Assembly (NCBI GenBank): GCA_039621445.1
Contig: CP154954.1
Coordinates: forward strand, 9,550,634-9,614,633
DNA length: 64,000 bases
Source: Euglena gracilis
Taxonomy: Eukaryota
Direction: 5' to 3'
Both the position numbers and the translations under genes were made by a program. Positions 36,701 through 50,073 of this stretch are shown in pieces (the stretch's first letter is position 1; each line of letters begins with the position of its first letter). The notes beneath the pieces were generated by a model. It had not been told where the DNA came from. It did not search any database and worked only from the letters and a program-made list of their open reading frames with translations.

Positions 36701-39700
36701 CCCGGGCGCTGTGCTCCCGATGACGGCACTCAAATGGCATGTGCTTCCTGGGACGATGACGGATGGCGTGCCGATGGACGATTCCGAATGCAAAGCCTAA
36801 AGGTTTGTAAGTTTTTTGAAACAAAGATGCATTGTACGCCATTTTTGGGAAGCATGGCCGGCGCAGCCACCAGTGAAGAAAAAAACAACAACGTTCTAAC
36901 AAATGGTTATTTGGACCCGTTGCAGAGAATTTTGTTTGCAAAATTCTACAACCGGTGGTTGTCCAAAAAAATCCGTGATCCATCAGCTTTGACTTGGTAA
37001 TCCCACCACACACAAGTTGCACACATACACACACGTGCCCCACACACCAAACACACACACACACATACCACCACCACCACCACCACCACCACCACCACCA
37101 ATACCACCACCACGCACGCAAGCACTCATCAGACAGAGGTCACACACACGCGTGCGTGCACACACAAACACGCATGCATGCACACCACAAATCACACACA
37201 CACACACACACACACACCACACCATACCGCACCCCACCCCACCCTTTGGGGAGTTCTATTGTGCAACCAAACATCTTTCCAACAACAATACTGGATGAAC
37301 AGTGCTGGACCTACCTTGCAAATGCAGGATCATCTTCACCACCATTTTGCCAGTTTCGTCCGTAGTTGATTGCCCCTGCTTGACCAGAAATGAGAGGTGA
37401 TTCTGTTTGTGAACTATTTCACCAACACTACTTATGTTCTCTGACGTTCTCAAATTGCACTGAAAGTGGGGTCAACGTTTTGTTGTGCTGACATCTGTGG
37501 TGTGGTGTGGTGTGGTGTGGTGTGGTGTGGTGTGGTGTGGTGTGGTGTGGTGTGGTGTGGTGTGGGGTGTGGTGTGGTGTGGTGTGGTGTGGTGTGGTGT
37601 GGTGTGGTGTGGTGTGGTGTGGTGTGGTGTGGTGTGGTGTGGTGTGGTGCGGTGCGGTGCGGTGCGGTGTGGTGTGGTGCGGTGTGGTGTGGTGCGGTGC
37701 GGTGTGGTGTGGTGCAAGGGAAAAAAATGCGCACGGAGCCAGACATGATCCCCCATTGGCAGGCATGGAGTTCGCATCGGTCTCACAAACGTCAGGCTTG
37801 GGTCGCGCAAACAGCCTCATTTTCCCCTCCCTTTTAAGCCAAATGTGTCTGGGACGATTTTCATCTGGACAAACAGCCAGCAAGGACCACACTGTGAAGA
37901 TAACCATCAGCGTCCCTGGAATTTCTTTGAACCCTCTGCACATGTAGCTACTTTTGTACATATAAAAAAGTAAATAAAAATAAAAAGGTAAATAAATAAT
38001 CATAAACAAATAATAAATAAAAAGGTGAATAAATGATAGTAAACAAATAATAAATAAAAAGGTCCATTTCCAGTTCAATCAATGAGTTGTAGACCAAATG
38101 CCAGCGGTGAGGTTATTTAGGCGGTGGGATCAACCAATTGCGGACGAGGTTGGAGAGGACACTGGAAAAGAGCCCAATTGTCCGATAGCTAATTAAAAAC
38201 CCGAAAATTGGATCAGTCAACTCATTCAGCTTCTTGGGGCCCTTGTTAGGGGGATGAGTTGGGTGTTTTTTTTTTTGCGCCACCCGAGTCCGAGACCTCA
38301 CCCAGGCTCGAGGCGGGCGACTCAGACGCCTCCGACCGCAGCCGCGACAGGCGGCGCTCCACCGCCCCCGGCGACACCGGCGGGATGCCCCCACGCTGCC
38401 ATGGCCGAGTGAGTCAGCCCCACATGCCCCGGGCAACGGGTGGGCAGTCGCGCTTGTTTGGCCCAGGGTTAGACCTAGGCCTTAGGGAATTTTGCTTTGT
38501 AGGACGCCCTCACCTGCTGGGAGGTGGGGGGTTGCTCAGGGTAGGTGGGGGGTACGGACCCCCTCCCCAGCTAAGGAGAGGGATCTCCCCTTGTAGACAG
38601 TGGCACGGGCACAGTGGACCATTTTCAGCCCATTGCAGTGCCGGGCTAAAAATTATGTACCCGCAAGAATTCCACTCAAAATGCAGTTTTGGGGGCGTTT
38701 GACAAAAATTTTGTCAGAATTGTCAAATACTTTGGTATGAGGTGGCAAAAGGAGAAACTTGACCTGGCTGGAAATCCATCATCCACGCCAGAAGCAAAAG
38801 TAATTTGCAAATTACAGTTTAATCTTCAGGTACAAAAAGGATACGAACTCTGACATGAACTGGGACAGCTGAGCCCAGGCAATCATCTAAATCTCGATAA
38901 GAAATAATTCAGAAAACGATTGAATTTATGCATGATTGGTCAGAATCAGAAAAAAAAGAACATTCACAAAAAATTCTCGATGAAGTTTCTAAAAGTGGCG
39001 CTACCCCCAGCAATTTCCCGGCTGAGACCGAGGCCCACGGCGTCACTGGCTGGGGGGGGGGGGTGGCAGCCTGAACGGCCCACGCCAGGGCCACCAGCTC
39101 TGGCACCGCCACGTTGCTGGGGTGGAACACGAAGCGAGGGCGGGGGGTGGAAGGGTCGCTGGCGTGGCGCACGGCCCCGGCTTGAGGCACCTCGAACGTT
39201 GGATATTGGCCCATATCGGGTTTATCGAAATCTTGAATTTATCGGGTCCCGAAAAAATATCGTGAAAGATCGGCTTTATTGGGGGGGGGTACCTGCCTTT
39301 TTGTTGTTTTGGGGCGATTTTGGGACTCTCCCAATCACAAAAATGAGGATACCGGGGCGCAAAATGATCATATCGGTTTTATCGACTTTTATCGACGATA
39401 TCGGGGTGTCAATCTATCCAAAATTTATCGGGATCCCCCCAAAAACCAATATCAATATCCATCCTTGCTGGCCCTGACATCCGACGGAATGGGCCGCCAG
39501 CGTCAGAACCTGCAAACCACACCTACGCTCGCATTCCTTTCTTTCCGGGTTTCGGGGAACCTTTTCTGTGCCAGCAACTCCCTCGACCGACCAGAATCGA
39601 CACACTTTTCTTTCCCCGCTGTGAGGGGCTGAACAGAAAAAGTTGCTGTTCCTTCGGAAAACGTTGATGCTACCCCCAAAAAAACTCAACCCTGCCCCCC

Positions 39701-42700
39701 CCCCAGACAAAAAGAACCCCAGAAAGCCGACCAAAAAAATGTCCAAAATAGCCCCCCCCCCGCAAATTGAAGCCCCCCTCTTCCCCGGACAGCGCATAGC
39801 GTTGCAAAAAAAAAAATGCCAGAAATTAACAGAAAACTCTAATTTCAAGCACACAAAAGATGAAACTTCTGGTCTCTTGCTACTTTTGAGGCAAAAAAAC
39901 CATAACAAATCCAATAAGACAAAAGAAGACGAAGGCCCCAGAATAAGGCCCAAATTGTATTTTTGGGTCTAATAATAGCAAAATCTGGAAGGGTTTTAAA
40001 TATTTACCTTGATCGATCAGGGTGTCCAAAGCATCGTTTTCTGGGTCCTGTTTAAAAAAGAATTCCCTTCGTCACTTAGGGTCAAAAACATACAATTTTT
40101 TACCGACCCCCCCCCGGGGGGGAGGGGGACCACTCCACTTTTCGAAAAAAACAGTCAGTCACTTTTTTGGGGGGAAACCAGTCAGTCACTACCCTGGGGG
40201 GGGGGGGGTCGGCCACTCTGGAATTCAAAGGAAAATGGACCAAAAACCTGAAAAAAAGGCCAAAAAAATTTCCGGCGCCTTCGGGTCACTTTAGAGTTTT
40301 TGCCGACCCCCCCCGGGGGGGAGGGGGTCCGGGCCAAAAACCAGTCGGTCACTCTGACAAAACCAGTCCCCCCCCCCCCGGGGGGGGGGGGGGGGAGGAT
40401 TGGTCAGTGACTAAGTGATTGACTGGTCAATAAGTTGCAATAAATTGAAACATATTTAATAAAACTTCACAAACTCGGGGAAAATGAAGGAAGATATCAT
40501 CTGAAATGGCTGCTTTGCAAAAATCCGCTTTTCTTGAAACTTCTATTTATTAAGAAGCAGAGTTCCGCAGCTGAATAATTTTGGCTTGAACTAAGTTTGG
40601 GATAAAATGGGGAGGGTTCTTTGTGTTTCATGTTCTGTGTGTAAATATACATGTACGTTGACATTTACATTACATCTACAATCACATTCACATTTTCATG
40701 TACATTTTGGACGTGGCAGTCAGTGCACACACACACCACAGTGACAGCTAAACCCACCTCCCAAATAATACCCCGCCGGGTATTAATTTTTCGCCCGAAG
40801 TCCAGGCAGGAGGGGGGGGGGGGTACCATTTGGGGGGGGGGTGATAGCTCCTCAAATTTTTCGAAATCTTTCGAAGTCCGAGAGGACCCAAAATAGCACC
40901 GAAAACCCCCCTTTGGGGTCATTATTACTTTCACATGAAATTTAACATTTTTGGAGGCCAGAAGATCCAGAAAAGTTGATATTGTTGCAATTTATCGTCA
41001 GAAATGTTGATTTTTATCCACATTTTCAGGGCAAAATCTTGGTCGCCTGCCCGAATAATGGGGGGGGGGATTGACTCGGACGGCGAAGTCAGACCCCAAG
41101 GGGGGGGGATTATTTGGGGTGAGGGTTCACCCAGTGTGCTAGATACCAATATTTTAAAAAAAAATATAGACAACTGGTTGAATTTTTGTCCCATTTTTAA
41201 AAATTTTAAAATGTAATTGCTTTTATGATGCCAAATAAGCTTGTGAGACAAGCAAACTCTTCCTCCTTTTGAGGAGGCAAAGGTGTGACGCTCAACGCTC
41301 TTTGCAATATAAGCCGTGACCAAGTCGCTGTGCTTTCCATTCCCGCAGAGCCCGGCGATATGCGGCGTGCCGCTCTCTGTAGAGGGTCTGCACTGTTCCC
41401 TCCTTCAGCTCCTGGGCAGGGCGCTGCTGGCCGGCATCGTGCGAGACACATGATGAAAATCCCCTTCGGAGTCCTGTGGCCAATTCCCATGTGGCCATCC
41501 CTATCCAGCTGGGCTGAATTTGGCAAACCCCAGGGAGGGCACGGGTCTCCAACAACCCCCCCCCCCCCAGGCACTAACCCCCCCATGGGGGGTTAGTGCC
41601 TGCCTGGCGGGGGGCAGCAATTCACCAAATAAAAACGGGGCCTTTCTGGGCTGACGGCACCCTTGGCGCATGAAGAGACTTGGCCTTGGCCCAGTGCTCA
41701 ACTTTTGGCAATGCCCCTCCTCACTCAGGGGGGAGAGGTGTGGTTTATGGTGCCTTGCAGTGCCAGCCCAGGCATGCACCCCCCCTTCGTTGCACTAAGG
41801 CTTCTTGTCTCTTTATGGCCGGCGCTAGCTTCGTTTCTGGCCCAGTTTACTGAAAATACAGTCTGCCCACAGGGGTGGGCCATGCCCCCCCCAAAAAAAC
41901 TGCCTGAACTCGACTGCAAAGAAGCAGCAGCCGGGTCATCAGGGACAATCGTCGGACAAACACAGGCCTCTTCTTTGGCGCAGGGGGAAATCATTACACG
42001 GCAAAACTTTCCGGAAAGTGTTGAAAAAATGGTGGACAGTTGCGTTGTGTGGATGTTGCGTTTGATGAACATGGACCAGACAGACTAGATGGATTTCAAA
42101 ATTCTTGAATACACATTCAGGGGCCGAGAGTTGAGCAAAACTGGACATTTTTCCTTGGTGGGGGATTTCCACGTTTGCATTCCCCTCGGGTTCAACCCTC
42201 CCCTCCCCTCCCTTTCTGTTCTCCCCGAGGTCGTTGATGCTCAGATCAAAAAAAAAGTTTCGAACCACCATTGGATATGGGTTGACCCCCCACTTGTGGG
42301 GGTTGTGGGGGGGGGGGCAGGGTTCGATATAAGGACAGGTGGGGGGGGGGGCCGGACCCCCCCCCCCCTGCGGGCCGGGGGGGGGGGGGGGGAGGGGGGC
42401 ACCCCCCCCACCTAAACAGGTGCGCGGTCAGGGTGGCCGAATTTTCGGCCCGGCGCAAAGCACCGGGCCGAAAGTTTTTGACCCCCCAAAACGACCAAAA
42501 GTGCCATTTTGGGCACTTTTTGGGCAAAAATGTGCCAAAAATGCAAAAAATTTTCGGCGCGAAGCGCCGGAGGAAAAAATTGACCCTTTTTGGGGGGGTC
42601 AATTTTTGCCCCCGAGGGTCGGTCCGGACCCCCCTTGCAGGTGGGGGCCCCCCCTGCGGGCCAGGAGGGGGGGGGGGGGGGGGGGGCACCCCCCCCCCCT

Positions 42701-45700
42701 AAACCATGTACGCCCTCCTTATATCGAACCCTGGGGGGGGGGGTCGACCTCCCCAGCAGGCTTTTCCCGTCCAGCCCCACCCAGGAGCCTGATCCGGTGT
42801 GCGGTACCCCTTAACTGCAAGGATGGAACCTTAACTGCATACCATTGGAACGCCTTTGTGGGCTTAAGGCTTCGGAGGAACGCAGGGCCACCAGGATAGG
42901 GGGCATGATCAGCCCGCACCCACCACCACCACCACCCCCCGGGGGTTTCCAGGATTCTCGGTCCGCCCTGCTGTGGCGGGGTTGGAATGGCTGGCGGGAT
43001 ACTCCGGAAGCGAACGCGGGTGAAGTGCGGAGGGGCGAAGAAAATGCACTGAAGCAGAGAGTTTGTGTTTGGGATTGGGGTGTGTTTGGGAAGGGGAGGA
43101 TCAGGGTGCGGGTCCCAAACGTGACCCCAAAATAGGCTCCAACTGGGAGGTCTCCTGGTGGGTGTCTGCAAAAAAAGTAGGGGAAACCCACGAAATTGAT
43201 AGGCAGGAAAAAAGGTAGGCAGAAGAACAGTGCAGTCCAGAATATTGTGAAATTTCTTATTTTTTGGGTTAAACCTGGAGGTTTCGCAACTCTGTGATAA
43301 TTTTCGGAGGGTCAGAAAAGTTGAAATTCGGCCTTTATCACAAAAAAAAAAAACGTGCAAGTACACATGCGCACACATAAATATACACACGGAGGGCCAG
43401 CCAGCAGTTCAAAGACGTGGACCCAAAACAAAAAAACGAGTTCCTTTTTGCGGAAACGCACAAAGGAACACACAAATCCTCAACTGCGAGATCCGCTGCC
43501 CCAAAAAGAACGCTCCTATGCGGATGGGAAACAAGAGGAGGCCCGGGCTGAACAGGACGCGGCTCCGCCGGCCGGCCCGGGCCGGCAGCAGCCCCGCCTG
43601 CCGGACCTGCGCCTCGTACGCCTGCCAGCCCCGGAGCACGGCGGCGATGCGGCGGGTCCGCTCCCGCCAGTGCCGGAGCGCGGGCGACGCCCCCGGTTTG
43701 GCACGGAGGGGCGAGATGGGTTTTTTTTTTAGGACCCGGGGAGGCGGATTCGGACCAACGCACCCAACGCCGGGCGGGGGGGGGGGGCGGGCGGACCCAC
43801 TTTTGCGGGGTCAATTTTGAGGCCCAAAAAAAACAAAAAAAATTGCGCAAGGCGAATATCCGCGCTTTGCACCGGAAAAAAAATAGAAAAACCCCGCCTC
43901 CGGCGGGGTACCTGCTCGGCCGACCCCCCCCCAGGGGGGAGGCAGACCAACCCCCCCCCCTGGGTCACCAAAATTAAAACCAAAATTAAAAAACCTCCAG
44001 ATGGGAGCCGCACACCTGGGGTTTCGGCCAGGGGAGAAAATGATCAGCAGAGAAGAAATGAAGGAGGGGATGGCAGAAATGGAGGAGGGGAAGCAGTTCA
44101 AATCGCCCTGGGGAAAGACGTGGGTGGAGCAACGCCTCTGGAAGGCACAATGTTAAAGGGGTTGGCTTCATTCCAGACCCGAAACCGAACCCCTCATGGG
44201 TGTCTACATGTTTTAATACGTTTAATTAATTGAATTTAACTTAATAATATATTTATTATAAATTATAATGAATAATTATTTCTAATTTAGTAAATATTTA
44301 ATGATATCAATTTAATTTTACCCCATTTAACACGTTGACAGGATGAAATAGGAGAAAGGCGGGGTAGAGAATGGGAAAAATTTGGGGACGGTTTTGTGTG
44401 GATCAAAAAATACTGATAAAAAATGCTGGCAACAAAATGACGGTCCATAATAGGGAGCTTCAAATTGGGGTGGGCTGCATTGAATGCACAGCAAGTCGAC
44501 ACAATGAGCAATGTTTCGTTATGGAAACAAAAAAAGAAACAAGTGTAAAAGCAGACCAGAACAGGAAAGATACCCAAGACCCATGATGTGTCCACCATCT
44601 GGGTCCCACCCTCACCTGGGTGAATGCCTTGTGGTGAGTCGATTGGAAAGCCCGTAGATTCAGAATGTCTGTCGATGAATATAATGGTTCCATTCTGCCT
44701 GGTGGGAGGGATGAACTCCTGGGTTTGTGCCCCGTATCAGGTGAAAAAGGGCAGTAGTAACGGGTCTGTAACATGCCTCAATTCAGGAAGGGAGGCATTT
44801 TGGGAAATCATCGAGCGGTGGGGGTCTCAATGCAATAATATCCTGTGGAAGGTTTGGTGAAGCGGAGCTCTCCCGAATCTCATCCCCCAGGTCCGCATTT
44901 TTAAGAATAAAATTAAAAAAAATAAAAAATAAACACAGCAGGCGGCCGCACAAACATTCACGCGGAATGTCGGAAAGGGGGCCTCGGGCAAATGCCGGCG
45001 CAGCACGGCGAGAGCCCGGCTGTGGTGTCGAGCCCGCAGGACCAGCAAGAACGCTCGGTCCCCGGCGGCCAGCAGCAGGAGCTCCGCGACGACGTCCGCG
45101 GCCGCGTCGATCCCCTTCTCCGGGAGCGCTGCCAGGGAACCGACACACTGGAAGTGTCCGTTTGCAACCCAGCGTCGCGTGGCAGTCCATAGGGAAGCAA
45201 AGAAGCTTGGCGGTGTGGGCTCACTGGGACAAAGCTGCTGGTGGGGGGCCAGGTTGTTGATCCGTGACCCCGGGGGAGGGGGGGGGTCCAGGCTGGAAAA
45301 ATTGGGCTGGCTACAAAAAGGCTACTGGCTAACCCCCTCCCCTCGCCCCCCATACAGGAGTCCCCGGTTGGAGTTGGGCCCAACCCGGGGTCAAACTGGG
45401 TACCAAAAAATTGAAACTGCCAAAATCCCCCAAGGAACTGCAAAAAAAAAATCAATCTTTTGGTCCCAAATTTACCCTGGTGAGCCCAAATCCGACCCAT
45501 TTTTTTGCCCATTTTCGCACCCCCGAAAGCCAAAAATCCGTCACCGTCCGGCTAAGTTTCAGGCCGCTGGAAAATAAAATATAACGTAAAACTCGTTTGG
45601 GGGAAGGAGGGGGGTCCGCCGTTGGAAAAAGGCCGGACCCCCTTATGGGGAATTGGGTGCCTTCCGGCTTAAGCGACGCCCTGAATGGGGCAAGGTACCC

Positions 45701-46452
45701 AGCTGGAGGGGTGGGCAAAAAATTGAAGCTGCAGAACGCCCATATATCAGAAGAAACATACAAATCCGATTGGGGAAAATGAAGATCAGAATTCGAGCTA
45801 TGCAATCTGTTTGAGATCCGTGTTTTGCCAAAATATATGGGCAAAAGATGACACAATACGATACCCAGAGGGCAACAGAACAACGGGAATCAAACTAAAA
45901 CGATGGGACGTTAGGTTCCTGGACTGGAAAATAAATCGTTGGCTGCCCACACCCCTCCCCCTAAGCGCCTTGGTCGCATCGAGTCTTTTTGAGTGAGGGG
46001 GTGAACCATGCTTCAATACTTTTGGGGAAATTTACACTCTCAAAAAGCAAAAGGAAGAGCTCGAGAACAGTCTGCCTTCATCGAGCATTAAAAAAAATGG
46101 AACAGGGAACGTTCCAATCAGGCCATTGCTTAAGGATTACTACCACTAATTAATTACTAACCACTTACCACAATTGATTACTACCACTAATTACCGCTAA
46201 TTAGCCATTTTGCTGGACACTGGAAAAAAATGGACCAGCTAGACCCCCTCCCCCCTGGGGGGGGGGGGTCCAGAGGTCCCCCCCCAACTAAAATAATATA
46301 TATAGATATAGATATATAGATATATAGATATAGACAAAAATATATAGGGGGTGCCCAACCTGGTGTCAAGTTTAGTACCCCCCGGGGGGCATTAAACTTA
46401 ACATGCCATATATATATACATATATATACATATATATATATATACATACATG

Positions 46453-46483
<31 letters not shown>

Positions 46484-49400
46484 GGCAAGACTAACTCACT
46501 GCTCCCCCCCACAGGGCCCAGTAGTTTAACCTGGGGGCGGGGGTCCCACTTTTTTCACCAACTCCAAATGTTGGTTTTTGTGCCACGCTTCGCACATATT
46601 TTCCTTAATTTCGGGGGTAGGGTTCGGGTTTTAATCTGGAATAGGGTTAGGGTTACAATTTAAGAAAAAAAGTCAGGCCGAAATAGGGTCGAAATTCACA
46701 CACAAAATTGGACCAGAAATTTGGCCTAAATTCGGCCGAAATCTGGCCCAGCGGCCTAATATCCCCCTAACGCCAACCCTAACCCCAATCCGAACCCTAA
46801 CCCTATTCCTGAAAATAACCCCGGAATCACCCCGCCGGCGAAAAAAGTTTCTGGCGGTAGGTCAATTTCCCCAGGGAAAAGCAAGGGGGGTCCCAGTAGT
46901 TTTACCTGGGCGGCCGAAGTCCCCGGTAGGTACAACTACTGGGACCTCCCCCCCCGGGGGGGTGGGCAGTGAGTTAGTCTTGCTTGCATACACAGACATA
47001 CATACATACATACATACATACATACATACATACATACATACATACATACATACATACATACATACATACATACATACATACATACATACATACATACATA
47101 CATACATAAATACATACATATCATGCATGCATGCATCATGCATGCATGCATGCATGCATGCATACATACATACATACATACATACATACATACATACATA
47201 CATACATACATGCATACATACATGCATACATACATACATACATACATACATACATACATACATACATAAATACATACATACATACATACATACATACATA
47301 CATACATACATACATACTACATACATACATACATACATACATACATACATACATACATACATACATACATACATACATACATACATACATACATACATAC
47401 ATACATACATACATACAGACATACATACATACATACATACATACATACATACATACATACATACATACATACATACATACATACATACATACATACATAC
47501 CTACATACATACATACATACATACATACATACATACATACATACATCCATACATACATACATACATACATACATACATACATACATACATACATACATAC
47601 ATACATACATACATACCTACATACATACATACATACATACATACATACATACATACATACATACATACATACATACATACATACATACATACATACATAC
47701 ATACATACATACATACATACATACATACATACATACATACATACATACATACACATACATACATACATACATACATACATACATACATACAACATACATA
47801 CATACATACATACATACATACATACATACATACATACATACATACATACATACATACATACATACATACATACATACATACATACATACATACATACATA
47901 CATACATACATACATACATACATACATACATACATACATACATACATCACTTACATAAGTACATACATGAACAACAACAACAACAACAACAACAACGAAA
48001 AATTTTTGCTTTTTGAATAACTTTTTTTGTGTGCGTTGTCAGGCCCCGAAAACAACAAAAGTGTAGTATATTAGGATAGGAGGACAAATGATGGTGTAGG
48101 TCCCAGGACTCGACGAGACACCTAGGTATGGTGAACTGGTGGTACCCCCGGGGTCCCTTCCAACTTAGAAAAAATTTCGCCGCGGGGGCCATTTTGGGGT
48201 CAAAAAATCGATTTTTCCAAAATATCTCGAAACCCGTGGGGAATTGAAGGAAACATCCCCGAGGCAACATTGAAGCCCCTGGAACCCCCCAACCACTGGT
48301 GGAGACCCGGGGGTTCGGCTGTCCGGCTTGGTCCAGATACGGGCCGTCGAAGGTTCAAAAAAGGGGCATACATCACTTACATAAATACATACATGAACAA
48401 CAACAACAACAACAACGAAAACTTTTTGCTTTTTGAATAACTTTTTTTGTGTGCGTTGTCGGGCCCCGAAAACAACAAAAATGTATTATATTAGGATACG
48501 AGGACAAATGATGGAATAGGTCCCAGGCCGCGGGGGTCAAAAAATCGATTTTTCCAAAGATAGATATAGATAGACAGATATCTCGAAGCCCGTGGGGAAT
48601 TGAAGGAAACACCCCCCAGGCAAAATTGAAGCCCCTGGGACCCCCCAACCACCGGTGGAGACCCGGGGGTCCGGCTGTCCGGCTTGGCCCAGATACGGGC
48701 CGTCGAAGGTCCAAAAGGGGGGCCCCAGGGGGGACTTAAGCATTTTTGGCCATTTTGGGGTCAAAAAATCGATTTTTCCAAAATATCTCGAAACCCGTGG
48801 GGAATTGAAGGAAACACCCCCGAGGCAACATTGAAGCCCCTGGGACCCCCCAACCACTGGTGGAGACCCGGTTGTCCGGTTGTCCGGTCTGGTTCAACGA
48901 TGCTAACCCATGATCACTGCATTGCATTTCATCACATTGCTTTGTGTTCGGGGATAGGATGGGAATCAAGGCAAGGCATGTGCGGTCGTGCCAATATTCC
49001 CACCTAAGGGGGATGGGGTGCATCATGGTTTGTATTTTAATTGGGAATTTTTTAAGGATATTGTCCAAATTTGGTAACATTTTCGGTGGGATGCTTGAAA
49101 CATGCTGGGGGGGGGGGGAGTGGAGAGTGGGTTTCAATCAATGGGTAAACGGCCCATCAACCCGATTCAAGAGGGCGCTCACTGGCCGAGATTTATTGCG
49201 CTGCAGGGCCAAAATGATCGCAATTGACCATAAACAAATCCATAATTCGAAAGGCTTTTGGCTTCGGCCTGAAAAGGAGATTGATGGGAAAATTGCGACG
49301 GCATTGTGAGGATGTAGCTCACCACCCTTTTGGGGGAGGGGGGGGGGTGGGCGAAGCTCACGCGCGTAGCAAAGCTAGCGCCGACTTGTACATACATGCA

Positions 49401-50040
49401 TCCATGCATACATACATACATACATACATGCATACATACATACATACATACATACATACATACATACATACATACATACATACATACATACATACATACA
49501 TACATACATACATACATACATACATACATACATACATACATACATACATACATACATACATACATACATACATACATACATACATACATACATACATACA
49601 TACATACATACATACATACATACATACATACATACATCACTTACATAAGTACATACATGAACAACAACAACAACAACAACAACGAAAATTTTTTGCTTTT
49701 TGAATAACTTTTTTTGTGTGCGTTGTCAGGCCCCGAAAACAACAAAAGTGTAGTATATTAGGATAGGAGGACAAATGATGGAATAGGTCCCAGGACTCGA
49801 CGAGACACCTAGGTATGGTGAACTGGTGGTACCCCCGGGGTCCCTTCCAACTTAGAAAAATTTTCGCCGCGGGGGCCATTTTGGGGTCAAAAATCGATTT
49901 TTCAAAAATATCTCAAAACATACATACATACATGCATACATACATACATACATACATACATACATACATACATACATACATACATACATACATACATACA
50001 TACATACATACATACATACATACATACATACATACATACA

Positions 50041-50073
<33 letters not shown>

